Of a stretch of DNA of 64,000 bases, positions 8,490-17,307 are shown in pieces (within the stretch, counting starts at the first letter, position 1; each line of letters opens with the position of its first letter). Source of the stretch: Acutalibacteraceae bacterium (GTDB lineage Bacteria; Bacillota; Clostridia; Oscillospirales; Acutalibacteraceae); contig JBMNNB010000003.1 of assembly GCA_050953725.1 (NCBI GenBank), positions 463,244-527,243 on the forward strand, read 5' to 3'. The notes beneath the pieces were generated by a model. The model did no database searches, was not told where the DNA came from, and saw only the letters and a program-made list of their open reading frames with translations. A program made the position numbers and the translations under genes.

Positions 8490-11400
8490 GGCGTTTTTCG
8501 TTTATCTGCTTGTTGAAGTATCGCAATACCTCAAACAAGGTCGCCGAATCCTCTTCGCTCAAATTAAAGTAAGCGGTACAGTATTCGCCGAGGGCTTCAG
8601 CGTTTTCCGCATAGAACAGTACGCTGAAGAAGTACTTCATAATGACCGTCAGAAGGTCAGCGCCGTTGTCGCCCTGGATGTAGATGACGCCGGGACGCAT
8701 TGTCCTTGACATGGTCTTGTTGCCCTTGCGCTGCTCGTAGTAGACAGGCTCGCCGGATGCAAGCATCGTAACATCAACATTCGGGAGCTTCAGCATAAGC
8801 TTAACTGAGCTGCCGCCTACCTCGATGCCGTCACCGATGAAGCCTGCAAAAATATTGTCGACAAGCTGGTTAATGTTCAATTCGAGCGGGAGCGAGAGTC
8901 CGAGCTTGACGCCGCCGATTTCAAGGTTCTGCAGGAACTTGTTGACTAACGGTGTTGCGTCGATTATCGGGCTTAGGATGTCAAGAAGCACATATACGAC
9001 GTGTATCAGGTTGTTGAGTACTATATTCAGTCCGCCGATAGAGATAAAGTACATAAGGTTAGGCAGTATATCAAGGGCTGTGCCTATCGGATTGGAAATG
9101 AATCTGTCAAAGAGGCTGAGCAGCGGGTTGAGAATCAGGTAGAAGGTATCAATAGCACCGGTGGTGGGGTTGCTGATTGCAGCCTTGTACTGTGCGTAGG
9201 TTTTTACGTTCTGGCAGCTTAAAGCCTCAAGCAGCGGGATGATTGCATACTGATAGCCCGCATAGCCGGGAATGTGGACAAGGTCCACAAGGTTGAGGTC
9301 ACGGTCTGCAAGGAGAAGCTGAATAATGTCGGCGAAGGGTGAGAGCAATGCAACAAGGTTGTCAAGCCATGCGGCTCTGTCGCCGTCCTCAAAGCCCCAG
9401 TCAAGAGGCCTGTCGCTTGTGGCTACGACTACATGGTTGTTCTCGGTTCTGGTTTCGACCTCGCCGGTCTCCGGGTTGACCTCCAAGACTGTTTCGATAT
9501 AAGGCATGAAGCTGTGCTCAAAGAGCAGTGCGGGATCCCACTTGTTGTAAACATTTGAATATGCCAAATTGTTCTCCCAGTCGGGACGGGCAACATTCTG
9601 GAGCGCCAGCTGTACCTCGGAGGCGGGTCTGCCCGCTCTTGTGTTGAGGTATGCCATTCTTTCGGCAATGGTCTTGGGTGTATAGTCAAGTCCTGCGGCG
9701 ACAGAGAGAATTGCGTCAATATTAAGCCCTGTTATCGCCGGATAGACCATCATGGCTATATTTGTGAGCATTTCCTGAGTGAAGACATTCTCGGCAAGCA
9801 TATCGTTGACATACTGCTCCAGATCCGTCAAGCCTTCGATTTTAAGCACTTTAAGCATGCGCTCAGTCAGAACCGGAATAGCGGCAGCTAAGTATGTTGC
9901 CTTTTCCTTTGTCCAGATATCCGAATACTGTGCCGATGTGCCGAAGGACTTAGCTTCGACTATGGCGGGAGAATAGGTTATCTCCTGCATGGGATATTTA
10001 TAGGGATTGGACACATAGGAGCCGTCTGTGGGATATTTGCCGTTCTCGTTCGGGAAGAAGAACTCCTCAAGTGCAAGAATTACATCGTTAGGATGGATGG
10101 CAACGCCTGCTATCGCTTCGGCTGCAACCTTGCTCGTTACGGGCAGACCGAGCAGGTCGCCCAGTTGGGCGTCAAGGTCCGCTATATCAAGTCCGAAGCT
10201 TTCAAGCAGAGTCTTGCTTGCCCAGGTCTGAGCATTCTGATTATATGCTCTGTAGTTAATGCCTGTTAAGAGCCATCTGAGCATTGCAAAGAGGACCTGA
10301 CCTCTGAAATCCACGCCGGTCGCCTGGTCATATACCACGACCACATCTCGGGTCTGGGTTCCCGACGGGAATACCTTGTTGGTTATTATCTGGCCTCTGG
10401 TATGCAGGACTCTGTCGAGAATCGGGGGAAGGTATTTGATGTTGAAGCCGTCTTCCTCCTCTTCCTCATCCTCGTCGTCGCCGCCGACCAGCTTCAAGAC
10501 GCCGTTAATGCCGCCGCCGAGATTGGGATAGAAGTCATCAACTACGTCCCTGAGGGGCATGTCGTAGTTGTAAACCACAATACCGGAAACCTTTGCCTCA
10601 AGATGAATATTTATATTATTAATGATGTTCTGTACGGGGCTTACACCGTTCTTTGCGGTCAGGAAAATCGAAAGGTTCGGCAGAATCGAGGTGATTGTGC
10701 TTATCGGCTTTGATGCGACATCATTAAGAACCCAGTCGATTATCGGGTTAAGAATCGCACCCATAATATCGGTGTGTGAGCGCAGAGCCTTAAAGTCATT
10801 CCAGCTTATGAAGTTTGTGATTCCGAGGGTCTCGAACAGCGGAATGATGAGCTTCTGATAGGCCTCGATTCTCTGTACGGAAACATAGGCCAGCTGTCCT
10901 GCAAGCTCGATGTAGAGCTTAACATCGCCGAGCAATGTCCAGAGCAGAGGCTCAACCGGTGCAAAGATTGCGCCCATGGCGTTGATGAAGGCAGTCTTCT
11001 GGTCGTATGCGCTGTCAACGCCCCAGTCAAGCTCGACTCCCTTGGGCAGCGATTCGAGGTATTCCTCAAAGCCGACCCACTTGTTCGGGTCTGTAACATA
11101 GCCCTGACTGATGGCAGCATTCATGTGGTTCTTGATATTTGAATATTTGGCGGGGAGCCTGTCCCTTACATACTGGTACTGGAGGTAAATGCCCTCGTCT
11201 CTCAGCTCCTTGTAAAGGCCGATTGTATAGTTGTCAAGGGTGTCAGCCATATCCTCAAGCATCTCGTATACCATGGGATAAAGCATAAGGAAGAGGGATG
11301 TGACAATATTGTCACGGAAGATGAAGTCCTTTAACAGAACCTCGATAAGCTCCTTGCCGTTAGTGTATTTTAAGCCGTAGATGGGGCTGTCCTTATAATC

Positions 11401-12633
11401 GTCGCTGGAGGTATCAATGAAGGAGTTAAGTAAGGTACCGACATCATTTGAAAGCAACAGCGAGTCAATTTTATCTACCGTCTGATTAAGCCGTGAAAGA
11501 GTTGCGGAATATGTAACGCCCTCTGTTACCTCTCTTGTAATCGGATATGTGAAGGGCATTTCGGTTGAATAGTACCAGTTCATCAGGTTGGCAATCTTAT
11601 CGCCGAAGAAGTGGACAAGCAGCTTGTCGGAGTGCTGAAGAAGGTCTTCCACATAGGGCTTGTATGTATTGCGCTCGGTGGCGAGCTGGGCTGTGGTATA
11701 GCCGGAATAATCCCTTGTCAGAAGCTGTGAGGTTGCGCCGAACAGGTTCATGTTGGCCTGCTGAAGGGCTACCTGGACATTGATTTCCTGATAGTTATAG
11801 GGAGCGCCCTGCGGAGCTTCGGTGATGATATCCGAAAGGACATAGTTTACGACTGTGCCTTTTTCGTTGGTGATTCTTGCGTGCTTCCAGGTATACTTTG
11901 TATATCTGACATTAATGCTGTTGGGCAGGCTTTCAACCGATTCATAGGCCATAAGAGCCTCGTCGATGTCCGTCTGAACAACGAAGCTGTAGTCATAGTA
12001 CCAGTTGACGACGCTGACGCCGAGCTGGCCTGCTATGAAGTTTGTCAAGATTGCGGAAACGTTGTAGTAAAGATATCTCTCATAATCAACGGGCTTGTAA
12101 AGAGTGACATATTCCATTACTGTCCTGACCTCGGTGGTCTGGATGTATGTACCGGGGTTGTTCGGGTCCTCGACAACAACGGAAACCTCCTTCTGAACGG
12201 GAATCTCCTCCCTGTAAGGCTCCATTACCGTAATTGTGTCGCCCATTCTCAAGGCAAGCTCCTGCTTTATCTCATTGGCAATCATTACGGCGTTGTAGCT
12301 GCCCACACCGTATTCCGTGCTCTTTATAAGATTAGCTATCTCATAAAATTTCTGAGCGGCAAGAGTGATGTCACCGTTAAGGTTGTCCCTTGCGGTAACG
12401 GTGGAATAAACCTTATATCCGCCGTTGGGAATAAGGTCGTCCTCATCCGTATAGTTGGTTACGGAATAGTTGGAAGTATCCCTTACATATTCATTTGAAA
12501 GCAATTCAGCAAGCTCATCATATTTTTCAGAAAGCCCGGTCTCCTGAGCTGCCCCGACGATTCCAACCGCTGCGGAGGAAATAAGCATCAACGCAGCCAG
12601 AAGGGCGCTCAAAATTTTAGTGGAACGCTTCAT
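8407..12633 (-). CDS. large secreted protein of unknown function (1,408 aa as listed)
   Basis: AAGGAG RBS before ATG 12633. Signal peptide MKRSTKILSALLAALMLISSAAVGIVGA. Acidic tract GGDDEDEEEEEDG. Contains an internal ~100 aa duplication. I recognise no domain family. Confidence 0.8.
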   Translation of the reverse strand: MKRSTKILSALLAALMLISSAAVGIVGAAQETGLSEKYDELAELLSNEYVRDTSNYSVTNYTDEDDLIPNGGYKVYSTVTARDNLNGDITLAAQKFYEIANLIKSTEYGVGSYNAVMIANEIKQELALRMGDTITVMEPYREEIPVQKEVSVVVEDPNNPGTYIQTTEVRTVMEYVTLYKPVDYERYLYYNVSAILTNFIAGQLGVSVVNWYYDYSFVVQTDIDEALMAYESVESLPNSINVRYTKYTWKHARITNEKGTVVNYVLSDIITEAPQGAPYNYQEINVQVALQQANMNLFGATSQLLTRDYSGYTTAQLATERNTYKPYVEDLLQHSDKLLVHFFGDKIANLMNWYYSTEMPFTYPITREVTEGVTYSATLSRLNQTVDKIDSLLLSNDVGTLLNSFIDTSSDDYKDSPIYGLKYTNGKELIEVLLKDFIFRDNIVTSLFLMLYPMVYEMLEDMADTLDNYTIGLYKELRDEGIYLQYQYVRDRLPAKYSNIKNHMNAAISQGYVTDPNKWVGFEEYLESLPKGVELDWGVDSAYDQKTAFINAMGAIFAPVEPLLWTLLGDVKLYIELAGQLAYVSVQRIEAYQKLIIPLFETLGITNFISWNDFKALRSHTDIMGAILNPIIDWVLNDVASKPISTITSILPNLSIFLTAKNGVSPVQNIINNINIHLEAKVSGIVVYNYDMPLRDVVDDFYPNLGGGINGVLKLVGGDDEDEEEEEDGFNIKYLPPILDRVLHTRGQIITNKVFPSGTQTRDVVVVYDQATGVDFRGQVLFAMLRWLLTGINYRAYNQNAQTWASKTLLESFGLDIADLDAQLGDLLGLPVTSKVAAEAIAGVAIHPNDVILALEEFFFPNENGKYPTDGSYVSNPYKYPMQEITYSPAIVEAKSFGTSAQYSDIWTKEKATYLAAAIPVLTERMLKVLKIEGLTDLEQYVNDMLAENVFTQEMLTNIAMMVYPAITGLNIDAILSVAAGLDYTPKTIAERMAYLNTRAGRPASEVQLALQNVARPDWENNLAYSNVYNKWDPALLFEHSFMPYIETVLEVNPETGEVETRTENNHVVVATSDRPLDWGFEDGDRAAWLDNLVALLSPFADIIQLLLADRDLNLVDLVHIPGYAGYQYAIIPLLEALSCQNVKTYAQYKAAISNPTTGAIDTFYLILNPLLSLFDRFISNPIGTALDILPNLMYFISIGGLNIVLNNLIHVVYVLLDILSPIIDATPLVNKFLQNLEIGGVKLGLSLPLELNINQLVDNIFAGFIGDGIEVGGSSVKLMLKLPNVDVTMLASGEPVYYEQRKGNKTMSRTMRPGVIYIQGDNGADLLTVIMKYFFSVLFYAENAEALGEYCTAYFNLSEEDSATLFEVLRYFNKQINEKRLGRPGSVDAVYGHTDDIPVYSGYSRAV

Positions 12634-12720
12634 GAAACATTCACTCCTTCGGTACCCATTTATTAAGATTTGTTAAAAGAGCATATCTCTCCATAATTCT
12701 TTAGACTTATATCCACTTTA

Positions 12721-12748
12721 ATTATAAAGGATTGGGACAAGATTTCAA
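12721..12748 (-). promoter_or_regulatory. candidate promoter of the 1,408-aa protein gene
   Basis: Minus strand: TTGAAA (12748-12743), 16-nt spacer, TATAAT (12726-12721). Confidence 0.45.
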
Positions 12749-12914
12749 GCGACAATACGGGGCAATTTGTCCATTAACATAACTTCTGACAATTTCGGTT
12801 TGTTCAGCTTGACCAAAATGAGGGTGTAAAATTCATCATTTTGCAGGGCCCGGTGCAGAATTTGGTTTTATTTTCATATCGCTTTGTGCGCCTAAAGACA
12901 ATATGTCCCCTGAA

Positions 12915-13272
12915 GCGCAGCGGGATATGACGAGCCGGCGGGGGGGCGCGGGTCGCAGGGTGAAGGCGGGGCGCAAGACGCAGGTGAGACGGGGTGAAGG
13001 GCGGCAGGCAAGTTGCCCGCTCCCCTCGCCTGCAAGCACGGTGTGGCGAACATCGGGTCGGGGCGCAGGCGGCGGGGGGTGCGGGTCGCAGGGTGCGGGT
13101 GCGGGCGGCGGCGGGGAGTGCCGTTGCGGGAATGGCGGGGCGGGAGTACCTCTCCCACGGGCGGGGGCGCAGGCGGCGGGGGGGCTGCCGTTCCATTCGG
13201 GGTTGGGGCGTGGTGCGGGGAGAAACAGCGGAGGGGTTGCTTTTCGCTTTCCTTTGGCTGGGGGGGTGGGCT
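12915..13272. repeat. G+C-rich, G-skewed repeat island A
   Basis: GGCGGGGGG(C/T)GCGGGTCGCAGGGTG occurs at about 12937 and 13070. GGGGCGCAGGCGGCGGGGGG occurs at about 13060 and 13165. All six frames give P/G/R/A-rich low-complexity ORFs. Confidence 0.8.
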
Positions 13273-13449
13273 TTGTGAAAAAAGAATATGCTGTTTTCTA
13301 AATAAACTTTCACAAACACTCTGCTTATGTTATAATGTTATCAGGTTTTCGGCGGTCTGATTGGGGTAATTATCAATCGGGCTGCTTTGGGTATAATAAA
13401 TGCCGGCATACGGCTTCTCACAATCGTAGATAAAATAGGATGTGAATAA

Positions 13450-14142
13450 GTGACGCAAAATCAGAAAGACACCGCAGTGGCGCTTATTAAAGCCGCTGTT
13501 GCCATGACCCTTTTCTTTATCGCAATTTTCAATTACAACGACCTTCGTAATGTGGATGTTGAGGGCATTGTGGCAAAGGCGGGCAGCATATATTCGGCGG
13601 CCCTGGTAGTGCTTATAATCTTCTTCGTAAAGGCAGTTTTGTTTATATTGCCCGCATCTTTAATCTATGTTGCGGTGGGCGCCGCCCTTTCGCCGATTGA
13701 TGCGGTTATCATAAATCTTCTGGGCATCGTGCTTGAGGTGACGGCCACTTACCTCCTCGGCCTCTTTCTCGGCGGAGCCTATGTGGAAAAGCTCCTCAGC
13801 AAGCGTAAAAAGACCCGCAAGCTTCTCGAAATGGAGCTTCAGAACAAGCCTCTGCTGCTTCTGGGCATACGCTTTCTGCCCGTCTTCCCCATTGACTTCG
13901 TAAGCCTTTTTTACGGTGCTTCAAAGGCGAATTTCCTTAAATACCTTCTGCTGTCCGTGGCGGGTCTTGCCCCACGGGTCATAGCATTTACAATACTCGG
14001 CGATGCGATTTTTGAGAAAATCCCCATGCACATAATTATCCTCGTTGTCATCTGCCTTATCCCCGTTTTCGCCGGCTGGACACTTTTCAAGAGCTTTGTG
14101 CTGGACAGGAGAAGACAGGAAAATCAGCCCCGCCCTGAGTAA
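13450..14142 (+). CDS. TVP38/TMEM64 (DedA-superfamily) membrane protein
   Basis: 230 aa, multi-TM, with LRFLPVFPIDFVSLFYGASK-type segments typical of SNARE-associated/DedA-like proteins. GTG start is uncertain. Confidence 0.5.
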   Translation: MTQNQKDTAVALIKAAVAMTLFFIAIFNYNDLRNVDVEGIVAKAGSIYSAALVVLIIFFVKAVLFILPASLIYVAVGAALSPIDAVIINLLGIVLEVTATYLLGLFLGGAYVEKLLSKRKKTRKLLEMELQNKPLLLLGIRFLPVFPIDFVSLFYGASKANFLKYLLLSVAGLAPRVIAFTILGDAIFEKIPMHIIILVVICLIPVFAGWTLFKSFVLDRRRQENQPRPE

Positions 14143-14211
14143 GCGACATTATTTTCTTTTGCATCGGTCTAAACTTATAGCAACCCGGCTTAAAATGCGA
14201 AATAAGCTTTT

Positions 14212-15090
14212 GTGGTGATGAATATGAAAATTTTTACTAATTCAAGGCATAAAGCTGCGGCACTTGTGCTTATCCTTATGCTGCTGTTAAGCTCCTGCAA
14301 TAACGGCAGCGTTGACTCCTATTACCGCATGTCCGAAAAGGCCAAGGAAAACTCCTCCGAGACGCACACCGAGCAGACGACAGTGGAGGACACCTCGCCG
14401 GTTCAGATTGAAATGTCGACAAGTGATATTCTGCGGATTTACACCCAGGCCGCAAACAAGGTCAAGACCGAGCTGCCCGGCTTTAAGCGTGTGGCCGACA
14501 AAAATCTGGTGGAGGTCAGGACTGACAGCGGCAGATCTGAGGTCATAAAGAGCATAATGGACGGCATTATGGGCGATATTCTGGCCGACGGCAGCAGCGT
14601 TTTTGAAAGCCCTATGGCCATAATCCCTAAGGGCAACAGCTCCGGCGTTAAGACATACTTCCCCATTTTCGGCGAGAGCTACGGCTGCGGCATTTCCGGC
14701 ACGGACATAATAAGCGCCGCCCAGTGCGTGAAAACGGGCGATACATACGAGCTGACTATTTACTTCCACGACATAAGCAATCCTGAGCCGGCCTCAGGCG
14801 AATTCGGCAGGATAATGTCCCCCGTAAGAAAGTCCGCCATAGAGGACGCCGCCGCAAAGCACGCCGCAACCCCCGGCAGGGACATACTCTCCTTCGAGAC
14901 CAATTACACAAACAGCTATCTTAAATGCAAGGTTGAAATCAGCTCGGGCAGGATGCTCTCTTTAGAGCAGAACATGACAATCAACATAGCGGTCAAGGCA
15001 ACGCTCAACATTTTCGGCATTGTCACGACCCTTTACAGCGGAAACGGAATGGTAAGATATGTACTGAACTTCAGCGATTTTGCCTGGTAA
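14212..15090 (+). CDS. lipoprotein of unknown function
   Basis: Signal peptide with lipobox LLLSSC (AALVLILMLLLSSCNNG). No recognised domain. Confidence 0.6.
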   Translation: MVMNMKIFTNSRHKAAALVLILMLLLSSCNNGSVDSYYRMSEKAKENSSETHTEQTTVEDTSPVQIEMSTSDILRIYTQAANKVKTELPGFKRVADKNLVEVRTDSGRSEVIKSIMDGIMGDILADGSSVFESPMAIIPKGNSSGVKTYFPIFGESYGCGISGTDIISAAQCVKTGDTYELTIYFHDISNPEPASGEFGRIMSPVRKSAIEDAAAKHAATPGRDILSFETNYTNSYLKCKVEISSGRMLSLEQNMTINIAVKATLNIFGIVTTLYSGNGMVRYVLNFSDFAW

Positions 15091-15101
15091 TCATTAAATC
15101 A

Positions 15102-15131
15102 AAGCCGGCAGCTTAACTGCCGGCTTTTTTA
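15102..15131 (+). terminator. Rho-independent terminator
   Basis: GCCGGCAG (15104-15111) pairs with CTGCCGGC (15117-15124), followed by T6. Confidence 0.8.
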
Positions 15132-15173
15132 TTTGCAGACTGTTAAACTTTCTCATTTTTATCCGCAGTTTTG

Positions 15174-15202
15174 TTGACTTTAAGCCGCCGTAGCAATATA
15201 AT
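15174..15202 (+). promoter_or_regulatory. promoter of the ATP-grasp/racemase/asnB operon
   Basis: TTGACT (15174-15179), 17-nt spacer, TATAAT (15197-15202). Confidence 0.6.
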
Positions 15203-15307
15203 TTACAGAGTATTATTCTAAGGCTTATTTTACCTATTTTACCGAATCAATCGGCAAAAATGAGTGAATAATTTTTATAGACCTGTCATCAGAAAAGAGG
15301 CCTTTGT

Positions 15308-16519
15308 ATGAAGTTTAACGAAACCGAATTTCTGCCTGTAATATTGGGCGCAGATATAACCGCATACAGCCACGCAAGGAGCTTTCATCAGGAGTACGGC
15401 ATAAAGTCCCTTGTGCTGAGCATGCTCAAATCGGAGTTCATTGCCCGCAGCAGTATTATCGAGAACAGAGTTATAGAAGGCCTTGAAAAAGAAGAGGTTC
15501 TTATTGACACGCTCATTAAGGTGGGAAAAGAGTTCGAGGGCAAGAAGAAGCTCATTGTTCTGGGCTGCGGCGACTGGTATGTGCGTATCCTTATCGAGAA
15601 CAAGGAAGTATTAAAGCCCTATTACATCATCCCCTATATCGACGAGTCCCTTTTAAACCGCATTGTCTTAAAGGACAAGTTCTATGCCATCTGCGAGGAG
15701 CTGGGTATACCCTACCCCAAGACCTATGTATATAACTGCCGACAGGAGAACGACCTTAAATTCGACTTCCCCTACCCTGTCATTGCAAAGCCCGCTAACT
15801 CCGCCCTCTATCACTATGCAAAGTTTGAGGGCAAGAAGAAGGTTTTCCGCTTTCAGGACGAGCAGAGCCTTCGCACAATGCTGGACAGGCTTGAGCAGAC
15901 AAGCTATGACTATAAATTCTTAATTCAGGACTACATCCCCGGCGCTGATACGAATATGCGGGTGCTGACCTGCTATTCGGACAGAAACGGCAAGGTGCGC
16001 TTTGCCGCTCTCGGCCATGTTCTGCTTGAGGACCATACCCCCAGCGCAATAGGCAATCCCGTAGTCATAATCAACGAGAGAAACGACGAAATCGTAAGGC
16101 AGGCCACGAAGTTCTTAGAGCATGTGGGCTATACGGGCTTTTCCAACTTTGACATAAAGTACGACCCCCGTGACAATACCTACAGATTTTTTGAGATTAA
16201 TGTACGCCTCGGCAGGAGCAACTTCTATGTGACCGGCAGCGGCTACAACACGGTAAAGTGGATTGTTGACGACCTTGTCTACGGCAAGGAGCTTGACTAT
16301 ACAATTGCGGACAACGAGCATCTTTACACCGTTGTACCCAAGGGCGTTATAAAGAAGTATGTGGCGGACAAAGAGCAAAGGGAGAGGGCGCTTCGGCTCT
16401 TTAAGGAGAACAAGGTCTCCTACCCGCTCATTTACCCGGTTGACAGAAACCCCGTAAGAGATTTCTATGTCTATGCGGCGCTATACAATCAGTACAGGAA
16501 GTTTAATATGTACTTCTGA
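15308..16519 (+). CDS. ATP-grasp carboxylate-amine ligase, D-aspartate ligase-like
   Basis: 403 aa with ATP-grasp architecture. N-terminus FLPVILGADITAYSHARSFHQEYG resembles the D-Asp ligase family. It lies immediately upstream of an aspartate racemase gene, as in Enterococcus faecium asl-rac. Confidence 0.6.
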   Translation: MKFNETEFLPVILGADITAYSHARSFHQEYGIKSLVLSMLKSEFIARSSIIENRVIEGLEKEEVLIDTLIKVGKEFEGKKKLIVLGCGDWYVRILIENKEVLKPYYIIPYIDESLLNRIVLKDKFYAICEELGIPYPKTYVYNCRQENDLKFDFPYPVIAKPANSALYHYAKFEGKKKVFRFQDEQSLRTMLDRLEQTSYDYKFLIQDYIPGADTNMRVLTCYSDRNGKVRFAALGHVLLEDHTPSAIGNPVVIINERNDEIVRQATKFLEHVGYTGFSNFDIKYDPRDNTYRFFEINVRLGRSNFYVTGSGYNTVKWIVDDLVYGKELDYTIADNEHLYTVVPKGVIKKYVADKEQRERALRLFKENKVSYPLIYPVDRNPVRDFYVYAALYNQYRKFNMYF

Positions 16520-16554
16520 TTTTGCTCTCGGATTATCGTAAAGGATGACCGGAT

Positions 16555-17271
16555 ATGAAAGAAAAGATTTTAGGCGTTCTCGGCGGAGTCGGCCCCCTGG
16601 CGACAGTCTATTTTGCAAAGCTGCTTGTGGAAATGACCAAGGCTGACTGCGACCAGAACCACATTTCATCAATAATTCTGAATCACTCCTCCATCCCCGA
16701 CAGGACGGAGTATATTCTCGACAATACAAAGCCGAACCCCCTGCCCGTAATGTCTGAGGATGCTAAGATGCTCGAGAGAATGGGTGCGGATTTCATTGTA
16801 ATCCCCTGCAACACGGCTCATTATTTTTATGAGCAGATTCAAAAGCAGGTCAATATCCCCCTTGTGAACATCATAGAGGAGACGGTGGAGTACGCTTTGA
16901 AAAATGTGCCCTCTCTTAAAAAGCTCGGCATACTTGCAACGAAGGGTACTATCTCCGCAAGGTCATACCAGCGTGCCTGCGAGAGCAGGGACATAGTCCC
17001 CGTAGTCCCCTCCATTCAGGACGAGCAGGCCTTGATGCACATCATCTACAATCAGGTCAAGGCGGGCAAGAAGGTTGATTTTGAGCTGTTTATGAGCATT
17101 ATCGATACCATGAAAAACGACGGCTGCGACGCAATAGTGCTGGGCTGCACTGAGCTTTCGGTCATAAAGCATGACTTTAACATCACACGGCCGGACATTA
17201 TCGATTCGATGGAGGTCCTTGCAAAGAGGAGCATTGAGCTTTGCGGCAAGGAACTGGCTGTGACAATTTGA
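16555..17271 (+). CDS. aspartate racemase (Asp/Glu racemase family)
   Basis: LGGVGPLATVYF N-terminus and two catalytic Cys motifs (CNTAHYF and LGCTELS); 238 aa. Confidence 0.8.
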   Translation: MKEKILGVLGGVGPLATVYFAKLLVEMTKADCDQNHISSIILNHSSIPDRTEYILDNTKPNPLPVMSEDAKMLERMGADFIVIPCNTAHYFYEQIQKQVNIPLVNIIEETVEYALKNVPSLKKLGILATKGTISARSYQRACESRDIVPVVPSIQDEQALMHIIYNQVKAGKKVDFELFMSIIDTMKNDGCDAIVLGCTELSVIKHDFNITRPDIIDSMEVLAKRSIELCGKELAVTI

Positions 17272-17307
17272 AAACAAACAGGGCTTTGCCCTTTTAAGGA
17301 GATTAAT

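Noticed and set aside
12804-13360. ORFs 12804..13319 (-), 12903..13301 (+), 13013..13360 (+) and others within island A.
   Set aside because: Same reasoning: overlapping ORFs in several frames, R/G/P/A low complexity, no RBS, and they span the promoter regions of real genes.
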